Source of the DNA: Amoebophrya sp. A120
Lineage: Eukaryota > Protista > Dinoflagellata
Length of the DNA stretch: 64,000 bases
Assembly (NCBI GenBank): GCA_905178155.1
Contig: CAJINV010000003.1
Location: 8,848,179-8,912,178, forward strand
Reading direction: 5' to 3'
Positions 39,901 through 51,900 of this stretch are shown in pieces. The translations under genes were made by a program, and so were the position numbers. The notes under the pieces are model-generated. The model searched no databases, was not told where the DNA came from, and was given only the letters and a program-made list of their open reading frames with translations. Every line of letters starts with the position of its first letter. Positions within the stretch are counted from its first letter, which is position 1.

Positions 39901-42900
39901 AAGTTGCGGTTGCTTTGCGCGGAAGGTGTCAAAAAAGCTTCCAGATTAAATGAGCATTATACAGCTTTGTTTACTACATACAAATAGTTTGCACCACTTG
40001 GGCGCGGGGGTAGAAACAAATGGGCGGGAAGTTTCTTGGTCCAGGAGTTGCTGCCGAAGTTTGTGGGAAGCAGCTGTTGGTAAAAGTGGCTGCGTCTTGG
40101 TTGAAATGAACTCAAAAAAGGAAAAGATGCGCGTCTTTGCGTGAACGTAGCAAAAGGTGCTGCGTGAAGACAGCAAAAGCTGACTGCTTCATATCAAAAA
40201 GCGCAAGAAGGTCGCTATATTTTGATGTTGCACGATATGCAAACTATTAACGATGATACCACTTACAATTTAAAAACCGCGCCACTTCGTTCTTTCGCAA
40301 ACACCACTACTGCCCGCCTCGGCTACGCTGATCCTAGTAAAACTTCTGCCCAGCAGGCTTTTCCACGCACCTGTCAACCAACTTCCCGGCCCCGAAGACA
40401 CACTTCTATACGAACTTCTCGATGATCTGACGATCTTGGAGATGCTCGCTCTGAAGTTTGTGCGATGTTGGCGGCGAACTGAGCCGCGCAAAAGTCCGCG
40501 ACATGTCGAGCCTCTAATAAATCGTTGCAGCAATCGTTTCAATTCCCACGACGAGTGCGATACTTTTGAACTGGATAGGAACAGAACAGCGCCTCCCAGA
40601 CCTCCACCGACTATAACAATCTGGATCGGGGCCCGGCGCAGGCGCACCAAGCGGGCGTGGCTACTTTCGTCCTCGTGCTTCTGTTTCGACTTGCTCGCGA
40701 GCAGATTCAACGACCGCAGGGGGGAAACGCGGTGCGTCATTTTCAAAATGTCCAGCGCCTTCTGGAGCCGCTTCTCAGCTTGCCGCTTTTCGGCCTGAAA
40801 TTCCGCAAGCTCGGGAAGGATGAATCTCTCGTACACATTGTGCTTCACGTTTTCCAGGCGCGCGGCGTCCATGATGTTTTTGGCATCATCTTCACTACCT
40901 CGAGCCTCGGGAGCAGCACCACCAGCTGCCTTCAGATATTCCTTCCGGAGTTTCGCCTTCTCCTGTCCAAGCTCTTCGAACAGGGGCGTAAGATACTTTT
41001 CCACGAGCTGGCTTTCGAGCCTCTTCAACGCCTGCAGAAACTGGACATCCGCTTCCTCACAGGCTTCGGCGGCATTTTGCTGTAGGATATGAACTGCAAA
41101 AGTATCGTACTCGTAGTATTGCAACACAAATTACCTCAGCATGACAAAAAGATTTTGTCATGCTGATTTAGCTAGAAAATGAAATTTCTTTTGCATGACT
41201 GCGATTAGTACGAGTACGATGCTTTTGCACAGGATATAGGAGCAGGCCCCGCAATTCGCGCGCCAGATTTGCATCAGCCACCACCTTGTCGACCGTGAGC
41301 GACCGCGCCCAGTCCCGCTCCGCCCGTTTTTCCATCAAGTCCACTTTGTTACCCAGTTCGATTTTCTCTACCTTTTTCGGGTCCGTGACGATGCAATCGC
41401 CGGCGACTTTCAGGAGCCGCTCAGCGTCCGCTGCGCCCAGCTCCTCCTGCACCTGACCGGGTAGCGAGGCCGTGGAGGAACTCTTTTTCATTTTTGGAGC
41501 CTGGAAAACGCAGATGTCGTCGCTAGATTTTTCCTTCAACAGGAACGTTTTTTCTTGCTTTCGTATGCAATACAAATTTCCCGTACATGTACAACATGCA
41601 TCACAAATTTTACCAGTTTGGTTCGTAAAAATTGTCATGCTAAGTTAGGATCGAAGCCAAGTTTTGTCATGCAGAGACCGCATCTGTACGTGTACGGAAA
41701 ATTTACTGTGGCTATTTCGCGGGACGGTTAGAAACTCCGACTTGCCGTCCACGACGGTCTTCAGGCCGAACGCGAACGCCCCTTCGCGCAAAAACTCGAT
41801 AAACTCCTCCTCCTCCTCCTCGTCGTCATCGAAATTCGCGGAAACCACCGAATCCTTGTCGTCCACGTCAAACTCCGCCCCGTGACACTCGCGGATGCGG
41901 CGGCGCAACTGCACCAGCGTGGTCGCCTCCCCGCACATAACAAATCCGCTGTTGGACTTGTACTCCGCAATGCGGTCGAAGGGCGCCTCTTTGTCACGAA
42001 CGTGAATGAAAAAGACCCGATCTCCAGCGCTCGGCTTCATCTCGCTAGAGGAAGCAACGCTAACATTGTCGTCCTCTGGTTGCGCAAAGTGGGCGACCAG
42101 TGCCTTCAGGTTCTCGAAGCCGGTAGCGCGGAAAAGCGCATCGAGCTTGAAAACGCTAGTGTTGTTTTCCGGATCCGCAACCATCACGCGGCGCAGCCGC
42201 GGCAGCATCGGTTCGCCCTCTAGGAACTCCCGCCCAAAGCTGCTGTGCTGCCACTCGAGCGAAAGCCGGGTGTTCACATTTTGTGCCGGGATGGTGCCGC
42301 CACTTAGGTTCATGTGCCCGCCGCCGGCGACCTGCATGGTCATCGCCGTACCCTGCGGCTTTCGCCCCAGCACACTAGGCTCCTTGTGGAAGGTCTGCTC
42401 CACCGCGCCCTCAAACAGCACGTAGCGCACCATGTTGTCGCGGGGAAAGTGATCCACGTCAGAAAAAAAACCATCTTCCCCATGATCCATTTTATTTTCC
42501 ATGACAAACCCTGCGTTTGGTGCATGTTTTGCATGGCAAGTTGGATGTTGGGGATTGGTCAACATCTTTTTGGTTGATAGAAGTACCGGCCCCACCACTG
42601 GCGCCCGTCCGGGTTTTCGATGGCCATGGCGGGCGCATTCTTTTTGTCTTCGAGCTGTGCAGCCTGGGAAATCAGCTCGATTTGGGACCGGATCTCCGTG
42701 TTCAGGCGCCTGATGTACGCAACGTTTTCAGACATGGAACCGTAATACTTGCTCGGCGATGCAAACAAGGCCATGAAAGGGTTGAAGCTGCGCTTCGGTT
42801 TCTTTTTTGTCTCCCCATCCGCGAGGTAGCCGAGACGGTCGCGAAGGTCCTGCAACTTTTTCTCCAGCCCTCGGAGGGAAGAGGCCAGTGTCTGCGAAGC

Positions 42901-43041
42901 AGGGAGGCCATGGACGATGTCAATCGCAGCCTGTGCCAGAAGTCGGGACTCCTCTGCCAACTCCGGATACTCCGCCAGGGCACGCACTTGGACCAAGATC
43001 ACGCTCGCAATGCCAGTGACAGCTCCTACAGCGTCCACCAT
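36977..43041 (-). CDS. AIF-M2/FSP1(AMID)-like FAD/NAD(P)H oxidoreductase with a long N-terminal helical extension, multi-exon
   Basis: Motifs IVIVGGGLGG, VTLIDLKDY, FDYCVIATGS, LLVIGGGVVGSELCGEL...VVLVHSG, FW|CTGY (GT-AG join 38950/38594), HMWVMGDC and VTFSLG. Upstream exons 43041-42580, 42465-41690, 41500-41230 and 41093-40575 appear contiguous; the one-gene model is inferred. Confidence 0.8.
37219..37463. mobile_element. Family-B introner, apparently young (perfect TIR, 3-bp ATT direct repeat on the minus strand)
   Basis: Perfect 25-bp IR TGCAAAAATGTCTGGGTCTGGAAGA (37218-37242) / TCTTCCAGACCCAGACATTTTTGCA (37440-37464), extending imperfectly to the GCATGACAA motifs. Confidence 0.9.
38127..38205. 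mobile_element. 39-bp insert flanked by a 20-bp direct repeat
   Basis: TCCTCCAGTTCCAGTCATTC occurs at 38127-38146 and 38186-38205. The insert recurs at 57507-57543. Confidence 0.7.
39606..40568. mobile_element. Long family-A introner
   Basis: Perfect 15-bp IR CAAAAGTATCGCACT / AGTGCGATACTTTTG. It separates the GGGLGG exon from the RRLWSNL...VTLID exon. Confidence 0.75.
41096..41228. mobile_element. Short family-A introner with internal hairpin
   Basis: TGCAAAAGTATCGTACTCGTA / TACGAGTACGATGCTTTTGCA, with internal hairpin CAGCATGACAAAAAGATTTTGTCATGCTG. Confidence 0.85.
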
Positions 43042-43744
43042 AATGGTCTCTCTAGGATTTTTGCATGTACTAGTCTGTGTCTTCTAGGAGAATTAGTACT
43101 GTTCTTCAAGAAGTTCACTGGAGTTAGAGGCACGCATTGACTCGCCGCTGAAGAGCGGTCTCCCTTGGTAAATGCTCTTCACATACTGGGTAAGTAATGG
43201 CGACCTCTAGGCGATTTGAGTCTCGTTTTTATTTTATTCGACAGCTCATGTCGAACATGCTCAGATTTTCTATATCCATAGTATTCCTGCGGTTCGCGTT
43301 CCGCGCTGCTCTCTTGCTAATCTGAGTGTCCCAACGAATACGGAAGCGGAACGCCAACGGACCACACGCACCCCATTTAGATGAAGTTGAAGATTTAAAT
43401 TTCCTTACAATTGAAATAAATCAAACACGACATGCAACACAGGCACAGGAGGGGCGAGCTACTGCGTTTGACCTGCTCCAAGTGACTACGATATTAATGG
43501 TCGTTTTCTTGCCGAGCTGGTGCAAGTCGTAGATGTTTCAGCGGCCCCCCTTAACCTTATTGCATCTTTATTCAGTTTCTAATTACCGTGCTTCGTGGTG
43601 TTGCCCTTCTTAGTCTTACACTTCTTTTGAAATCTGCTCTGCCAATCGTAAAAATGCTAGCACAGCAGGAGTCCCGGTTTCCAGATTGTCGTCTATTGTA
43701 AGCCTTGTTCGCATCAATAAGCGGCCGCGACGAGTTCGTCGCTT

Positions 43745-44643
43745 TCACTCGTCTCCGTTCGAGCCAGGACTGTCCTCACCCTCTTCGCCGACGTCTTCCA
43801 TACTGACGTCGAGCGCGTTGTCCCCAAGCGCCAGCTGTTGCCCAAAGGGAAAGTAAAGACCATCCTCGATCGCTTCGACTGCCTCGGGAAACGTGAGAGG
43901 GAGGGCCTTCTCGAGGCCCTCGTTGACGACCTCCTTATCGTGCTTCGCAGATTCCAGGCAATGGTCGAAAATTCGATCGTATCCACTGCAAAAGTATCGC
44001 ATTCGCACTCCGTAGCAATTGCTGCTATGCATGACAAATCTCTTTCCTAAGGCGAAACAGCATTACAAATTTCTATTTTATTTGCAATGCTAAACTAATT
44101 TGTAAATTGCGATTTATACCAGTACGATACTTTTTCTTTTGCAATGCATATGTCGACCCACTCGTCCGTCACGGCGTCGGATGCCATATACATTGTGCGT
44201 ATGCATTACAAACACGTCTGGGCCCCAAAATTTGCCATGCTAGCTGGTCACGACCAGCACCAAAGAGCAACCTGCAATAAACAGCGAAGCATGACGGACT
44301 CTTTTCTGTTGCGTGTCTTGTTCGAGCACGACAGGTTGCGTTTTTGCATCACAGACAAGCTCCTGGGCTTTTGGTATTGGTTGACAAACATGCATCACAG
44401 AGATGCTAGTCATACTCATACCAGACACCGACACGCATAGAAACACTTGCAGCAACCTAAATGTAAATGAATCTTGCAGAGCCAGACATATATTTTGCAA
44501 CTGATAGTGCGTATGCGTGCGCAAATGGACCGGTACCTGTGGTTCGTGCGTGTGTATGGTAATTCAGAACGAATTCGAGGAGCGCCGTTTTCTCGCAGCT
44601 CTGCCTCTGCTAGTATTGAATAGGAAGTACTACTGCTACGCAC
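43745..44643 (-). CDS. Small acidic hypothetical protein, interrupted by two introners
   Basis: CIRTMYMASDAVTDEWVDICI|GYDRIFDHCLESAKHDKEVVNEGLEKALPLTFPEAVEAIEDGLYFPF... is in frame after introner removal. The start is uncertain. Confidence 0.55.
43988..44142. mobile_element. Short family-A introner
   Basis: TGCAAAAGTATCG / CGATACTTTTTCTTTTGCA; contains GCATGACAA. Confidence 0.75.
44208..44498. mobile_element. Degenerate family-B introner
   Basis: TACAAACACGTCTGGG / CCAGACATATATTTTGCA. Removing 44206-44499 is frame-preserving. Confidence 0.55.
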
Positions 44644-44830
44644 TACTTACCAGGTGTTGATGGCTAGTGTACTAGCTAATGCAGCCAGCGGATTCTTCAC
44701 CTAGTACGCAGAAGCAAACATCTTGAGCTTGGGACGGTAAATCAAAATTATTGATGAAACGGGATGAAATTATATATGTGGCTAGCCGGGAACGCTGCTC
44801 TTCGTGTCTAGCGACCACCAACTCGAGCTT

Positions 44831-46598
44831 TTACATAAAGTACTTGTCGCGGAGGTGGCGCTCCTCAAGACGGGCGCATTCATTACCACACAGCACCAGA
44901 ACGAGGCTAAGAAACATTTGCGACCTCCTCGCAAGCATAACCACATCAACGTCCACCACGAAGAAAGCATGATATCAAAGTTAGAGAGTACCATCTCGCA
45001 TTTCTCAAGTGTGTAAGGTTTTCGCGGATGTTATCCAGTGACACTTTTTTGTAGTCCTTTTCCAGAATGTACTGTTTGTCCTTCGAGAAGATTTGCTGAA
45101 CGTCCTCGGGTACAAAGTGCACGAATATATCGTGCGCTAGGTTTGCAGCAAATTCGAATGGAGAGTCGCAGTACAAGGCGCGCAACACCAACGCGAGCTT
45201 CCCAACATACTGCATCCCCTGGTCCTCTTCCACTATTTGAAATATTTTTTCTCGCGAGTGTGCTTCGACAATGTCTCCGAGTGCGTCCGGCAGAATTCGT
45301 GGCGCGTGGCGAACAAGTTTGCGAAGATCGAAGCTGGTGAAGTCCTTCATGTGGCTGAAGATCGTGTCCACCTTTTTCTGCAGCAGATCCGGGGCGTCGA
45401 AAGGGTACAGATCCTCGCGAAACTGGCGAAACAACTCCTTCTTGAACTTGCGGCGATCGTTCTTGCGGCGCAAATACTGAAACAAACTCATATAGCCCTT
45501 CCCGTATGCTATCCGCAGATTCTGCTTCAGCGGGCATCCGGTGAGGTTCAGTTCTGCGGGATTTCAAATCAGTTCGAATGCAATTTTTGCAAAAAACGTT
45601 GCATCATGCTCTTGCAGGTCATCTTCTTTGTCTAAGTTTATCACTATCTTTCTTAAACCTTCAACTTGAACAGTGCCTACAGGTCTCGGCGACATCGGTC
45701 GCTTGTGATCTCTAATCGCGAACCAAAAGCTAAACCACATCGATGATATCTATCGCGGCGCACCTTTTAAGCAATGCTGGAGGTCGGCGTACTCCCTCGG
45801 AATCTCGAAGACTGAGGTATTGCGAACGTCCAACACGCGGAGATCTTTCAACGTAGCGAGGCTCACTGGGAGTTTGAACAAAAGCGGGTTGTCCTGGGCT
45901 AAAATCTCTTGGAGGTTCTCGAGCAGAGACACCTCGGCCGGAATGCTCTGTAAATTGTTGTACCCGAGGTCGAGCCGAGTGAGCCATGTGTAGTTCAGAA
46001 TGTTCGGGATGGCGGCATCCGTCAGGTTGCAGTACGCGAGAGAAAGCGGCATCGTGTGGAAAAACGCAGCCCAGACCGCATACTGCCCAAGCTGTCGCTG
46101 TAGACTAATCAAGTACAAGACGCGGCTTTGGGGTCGTACTAGGTTCTGACGATTACTAGCTCTTGTTCCCTGCTACGTACAAAAGCGTAAGCGTCGTGGC
46201 GATTGGCTACAAGTAGAATGCTGGCCGCGATTGGGGTTGATGCATTAATTCTCAAATGCCCTTCGTGTGTAAGAACAACTCAACGACAATGCCTCATTTT
46301 GTTTTTATGCGGCTGATCCGAATTCACGATTTGGTGCCGTCATCAAATGCTAGAAACGACGCCGTGGACTTCTTGCACGTGCATATTGCAAGTATGGGCC
46401 TGCGACGTTTTTGAAAGGGATACGATGCCGGTCCTTTTTATCGCGTATGCGGGTCAGCCGCTTATAGATTTCTGTTCCTTTGGACAGCCCATCCAAATTA
46501 TCCACAAACTTCACGGGAAACATGGTAACCTTCTGTTGCTCGGATGCTGGGGCCGTTCTTGCTGTCGCAGTCGTTGTTCTTTGAAACCAGCTTTTCAA
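44831..46598 (-). CDS. Leucine-rich repeat protein with helical C-terminal region, multi-exon
   Basis: LxxLxLxxNxL repeats (LTRLDLGYNNLQSIP, LQEILAQDNPLL, LRVLDVRNTSV) at 45750-46050, followed by the 44946-45491 exon and a probable terminal exon ...RDKYFM*. Confidence 0.8.
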
Positions 46599-46905
46599 GA
46601 AGCTCGAGCAGGTGTAACAAACGGATTAGCGCCCGCCTTCCCCCGTCAGAATTTCATATTTGCTGCTCGTGCTCACCGCAATACTGCATTAGGTACTTAG
46701 CACTACAACACCGTTGGTTGTGGTAATGGTTTGTTACAGTGATATTGCTTTCGCAGCTTTGCCTTCCTAACCGGCCGGCGCAGTAGAAGTAGTTCTAGTA
46801 CTAGTTCCTCGTCTACAATAAAATAAAGTTTTTGCCTTTGCAGCAAGAACTTCAACTTATGTTGACTGCCGGTGCTGTCGAGCTCGAGGCTACAGGGTCC
46901 ACCTC

Positions 46906-46970
46906 GACGTCAAGATCTAAGATCTTGACGTCCATTGTTGGGCCAAGATCTTAGATCTTAGCCCAACAAT
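46906..46970. other. Two adjacent hairpins sharing an AAGATCT-W-AGATCTT core
   Basis: GACGTCAAGATCT-A-AGATCTTGACGTC (46906-46932) and ATTGTTGGGCCAAGATCT-T-AGATCTTAGCCCAACAAT (46934-46970). Confidence 0.85.
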
Positions 46971-48962
46971 ACTACCACCCGTAGGCGTAGCTACTCGGCT
47001 GTGATCATGCAGCAGTACTCCTCATCATATTACCTTTATACTTTCCTGCGGTAGCTGCGTGCCTTACCGCTTCGATTCTTTGCGCCAGCACCAGCATTCG
47101 CTACTAGATCACAACCTCCAAACTTTCCCGAGTTCTGAAAATGACGTGGTGGCAGACGCAGTGGCATCAGATGAAACTTAGCGCTCACGTTTGTAGATCG
47201 CAAGTAGAAATGGAACGGCGAAACATCTTTATCTATGCCATCTCGTCTATTTCAACCTCCCTCATATTTCTTTTTTTGCTGTGACCAAGGTCATGTTTAC
47301 CTCGAGACATCCATTCGCTGTCAGATTTTTTTTTTACTTCATGCCGACGAGAACATAGGTCTGGTCGTGCAGTTGATTTTTTGTAGAATACCACAAGAAG
47401 CATACCACATGCAATTATCGTCCGCCGCCCACCTATTGCCTGCGCCGTCTCTCGTCTATGCGACTGAAATGATATGTTGCTGAAAGCTCGTTTGGCGTTT
47501 TTCTCGTTTGCCAACTTTGACGAGGTTCATTTTTTTTAGTGGCTGCATGCAGTATGTGTATGATGCAAATGTCTATTTTACCACGACGAAAGAATGTTCG
47601 TTAGCTTGCTAGGTTTGCAACTATTTCAGAAAAAAGTGAAACACAAGAAACGGAAGTGCTGCATTCTTGACAAAGAAATATTTTTTGAAAGATATATTTA
47701 GTAACTCGGCATAAAAAATCAGAACGACGATGCGATACTGATTGGATTTAAGCAGCGCTCGCCACGCTTTTGTATCCTTATCTTTCTGTATTCTCTTGGA
47801 GACTCTGTTCAATTGATAGCCTGTTTCTGCCTCGCATAGCCCCCGCCCTGGGCCGCGGGACTAGTGCAAATTCTGCAATGCAATATTTACAAGAGAAAGC
47901 GCCGCCGTGGGTGCACTTTTCACTATTCAATAAATGCGATACGCAAGGACTACGTCAAGTAAAACTAGAACCACCACCAGGACGAGCCTGGGACTTTTGT
48001 TTTGTTTGCGCGTGTGCACGTCTCTGGAAAAATCACGTAAGTACGCTACTTTCTCGTAAAAGGCGAATAATCGTAAAGGTAATAATTGAGCTCGTCTTTA
48101 TAGTAAAGAGTAATCGTAAATGCGCACAGTGCTCTTCGACGCAGCGTCCTGATATACTCATTTTTCAGTGCGGTTGAAGGTGCGCTTGAGTGAGTGAGTT
48201 TTGTATGTATTCGTAGTATTGATTGGAGGTGGCTATGGCTCACCTCCTCAACCACCCATACGCCACCGCTTTTTTGCTTTCCGACACGGCTCCGGATGCG
48301 CTTGTCGCTTTCGCGGAATTGTCTACGAAGGATACTTGCTTCTGCTTTCGCTGTCGCGAGCTCATGTTGCTATTGGAACTGGCTGGTGCGGGATAGTAAA
48401 GCAACGGCTGCTTGTATCCAGGGAATAACAAAGATGCGAGTGCGATCGCAAAAGGAAAAGTCAATCTTCTAGAAACACCTGAATCATGACACATGTTGAC
48501 GCAAAAATAGCAATAAGCCTCTGGACCTGCTGGTAGTCGTGAAATCGTGAATATTTGCGAGTTTCTTTTGTACGCAGTGATAGCTGTATGCAACTGCATG
48601 TGCATCTACTTGTTCTATTATAATGCATGATTGACTTAACAAGACGACAGCATCGATGGACGTTATCCATTTCGTATCTGGCCGGTGCGCTGTCGCTGCT
48701 CCTCCTCGCTGGCATCCCAAGAGAGCGTTTCGCGCGCGTCCTCCTCCAATATCGGCGCCATCTGGAGTCGATTCAATCAGAACATCAAGTGTGAGCACTG
48801 AGCATCTTCAAGCTACCACCTGTTATCTCTCAACACGACCAAAAAGCAATCACTCATTTCTGCATTGCTATGACTATGGATACTAGTCTTGATGACAAGA
48901 CCATACATCTTGTTTTTACTTCGACTGTTTGTGTTTTTGTGGTGACGCCCAACTTCATCTTG

Positions 48963-51900
48963 TTACTCGGGTACAGGTATTTCAAAACTGTATCTTACCC
49001 TGGCGCCCCGGGTTGGAACTTGTTCCGAAGAGCTGGAGGAGTCTTCCGCTTCGGCGGTGCCTTCTAACGACTTGGGTTCCACCTCCGCAGCACCAGGCGC
49101 CGCTTCTGTGTCAGCACCCCCAGAGATCTGACTGACGCCGCGGCTACTGCGGCCTCCTTGATTCACTCGCATGGGCCCCTCGTCACCAGTATCTCGCCGA
49201 GCGACAAAGCGCTTTTTCGGTCCGGACGAATCCTCGCTCGCGGCCTCACGAACAGTGGCAGCGCTCCCGTCGTTTCCAGCGTTTTCGCTTGCGGCGCCAC
49301 CGAAGGGTTTCCCTGTGCCGGACTCTTCACCTGCGGGGTTTCCGTCTTCGCCAGCTTCCTCAGCGGGATCTCCGCTTTCCCCTTCTCCCCTAGGTGGTTT
49401 CGGCGCCGCCGGGTCAGAAATTTGATCTGTAGAAATCATGATGAATATTATTGAGCCGCTCCGTCTTGCACTGATGAAATCGCAACCGCTCGACACTTTC
49501 ATTTTTTTTTATTTTGCCGAGGTCGTCCTCGTGAAGGCGATGAAGGTCTTAAGCTATCCCGCCACGACTGTAACTGTTCTTGATCTTCATGCACCACGAA
49601 AAGGCAGACGCCGCAGTTAATGCACGACGTACCAGGAGGCAGCCCTGTTTTCGACTGCACTGCGGTCGGAAACAGCAAGAGCAGTGCGATAATGAAGAGC
49701 AGCGCGATGCCTACGCTGAGCAGCAACAGGACGAGTGGATTTATGCTGTTTGCTTGCGAACTTGCAAGCGGTTGCATCATTGCGAAAATGACCCCACATC
49801 CCCAGCAGAGCAAGATTTTCCTTTTTTTCATGTTTCAGAACGATAAAGCTTTTTTTGTTTCTACAAGCAAGCCAGGTCATGGATCACGTTATTTTCCCAT
49901 CTCACTAAGATGTTGACGTTGATGTTCCCTATCTTGTTCACACTGCCGTTACCAATTCAAGAAAAAGTCTTTGCTCGTGGAGAGACGAGACCATAATCAT
50001 GCGGATAGCTTCGGCGGAAATCGTTCCCTGTGCAAAGCAGTCTGGCACTGAGCACTGCTCGCTTTCCAACAAATCAGGATCAATATCGAAGGAAAATCCT
50101 CAACATCAGTCCAGAAGTCAAACCATATTTTTGGCTGCGACGCCGAGACAACGCACTGAATAGCTTTTTAGCTGGCTCCGTAGTAGGGAATCAATGAAAT
50201 GAGCACAGAGGTCCACCACCTCGACATAAATGTACATCTTATCAAAACTTTTCCGATTCGCAATCTGACACCTGTTCGCATCGTTTTTCGTCCTCAGCAA
50301 TACAACGCTTCCAAGCTTGTTGCTAGTACGTGCTTTTATTCATATTTTTAGCCATGAACATGATGGTGCAGAAGTTGCCCTCTTCGTCTACTTCATGTTT
50401 GTTTGTTTTCTTGACTCAAACCGATTTGACCTCGGTAGCAGGCCGCTCCCTCGTTTTGCGGTGCCGTTACCATCGTTCGGCGTCTGCTACGTACACTTTC
50501 GCCGCATGTTGCACTACACAAACCCCAGGTGGACCATTGCGAGACTTCGCAATTCGTAGCTGTGATTTTTTCGATCCATTTTTTTCGCACAAGCACCTAG
50601 TCAGAAAACAAAATGCAAAAGAGTAACATAATATCAAAACTATCGCAACATGTTACAAACGGCGCGCCCGTTACCGCCCCGAGACCCGAGAACGAGACCC
50701 GGGCGAACCCAAAACGAGGCCAAGCTTACCGCTTTTTGGTATTCGCGCGCCGACAACGTCGCGGCCGGGGGCTGTGTGCTGTTGTTCTACTTCATGCTGC
50801 CGGCGCGTGGTCTCTGCAGCCGCCTCCGAAACACTAGCGCGCCCCATTTAATTTTCCCCATATTGGGGCATGGGCCGCGGGCGTATAGATTCGCAGGCAG
50901 CGCGCCACATGGCTCAAGTTTTGAGCCGCATCGGACTGCGACCAGACAGACAACACCCACCCTAGTCAATGGCCACGCCAGAGCCCGTCTACCGGATGCC
51001 CGCCAGGGAGGCGCCGCTATCTGTCCAACATGAGGCCTCGTGCCTGCTGGCGCAAATTGGCCCCGTGCCTCTGTTGCAGACAGAGGACCAGGCAGAACGA
51101 TCAGAAAACGCGCAGGCCAAAACGAAGCCGGGACGGGGCCAAAACGAAGCCAAAACGAAGCCAAAGCCATCCAAAAAAAAGACGGCCAACCCTTTCAACT
51201 TTTTGCCAGAAAGCAAAGGCCCAGAATCAGACCGCGGGGCCTCGTTTTGGCCTCGTTTGGGCCTCGTTTTGGCGTCGCTTCCACGAGGGCACGGCAAAGC
51301 GAGCCGGGCGGCGACCAAAGTGCCGAATTTTCCGCGTTCCCCTTCCAGACGCGAAACGCACTTGCCTGGCCTCGTTTTGGCTTCGTTTTGGCCTCGTTTT
51401 GGCTTCGTTTTGGCCTCGGTTTTTTTGCCCTTTGGCTTCGTTTTGGCCTCGTTTTGGCTTCGGTTTTCCGGCAATGCCGACCAGGGGTGGTCGCGTGTAC
51501 ATATCTACTGGACCAGAGTGCGCCCATACCCATTTGAATATCGCAGGCACTGCGCGGGGCATTGGGGCTTCGCATAGTAGCCAAAGGCAAGACGAAGGCG
51601 GCGCCCCCTGGGCATCCATGTGGGAAGCGCATAGCCCCGCGACGGCCAAAGCTTTTTGCGTTTCTTTGTAATGCCATGCGGCTCAAAAATTGAGCCCGGC
51701 GGCACGCTGCGTCGCAGGCTCTCCCGTATGCGTAACGCGACGCGCCCGGGCCCAAAGCGCGCACAACACAAATGGCGCCCCGGCTTACATGCAGCAGAAG
51801 CCCCAAAGGCTGGGGGCCCTGCAAACGCCTCGGCCGACCACTATGGGAAAACTTGCCGACGTTTTGCGCTGGCAGAGGTGGGCCCTTGTAAAAGCTGCCC

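Noticed and set aside
44831-44833. In-frame TAA followed by open sequence, suggesting stop-codon reassignment as reported in one Amoebophrya lineage
   Set aside because: ORFs of 1000-1300 aa contain no internal stops under the standard code, so this is most simply the LRR gene's stop codon.
50905-50920. TGGCTCAAG as a relic spliced leader
   Set aside because: The match is only 9 nt and forms part of an internal hairpin of the TIR element.
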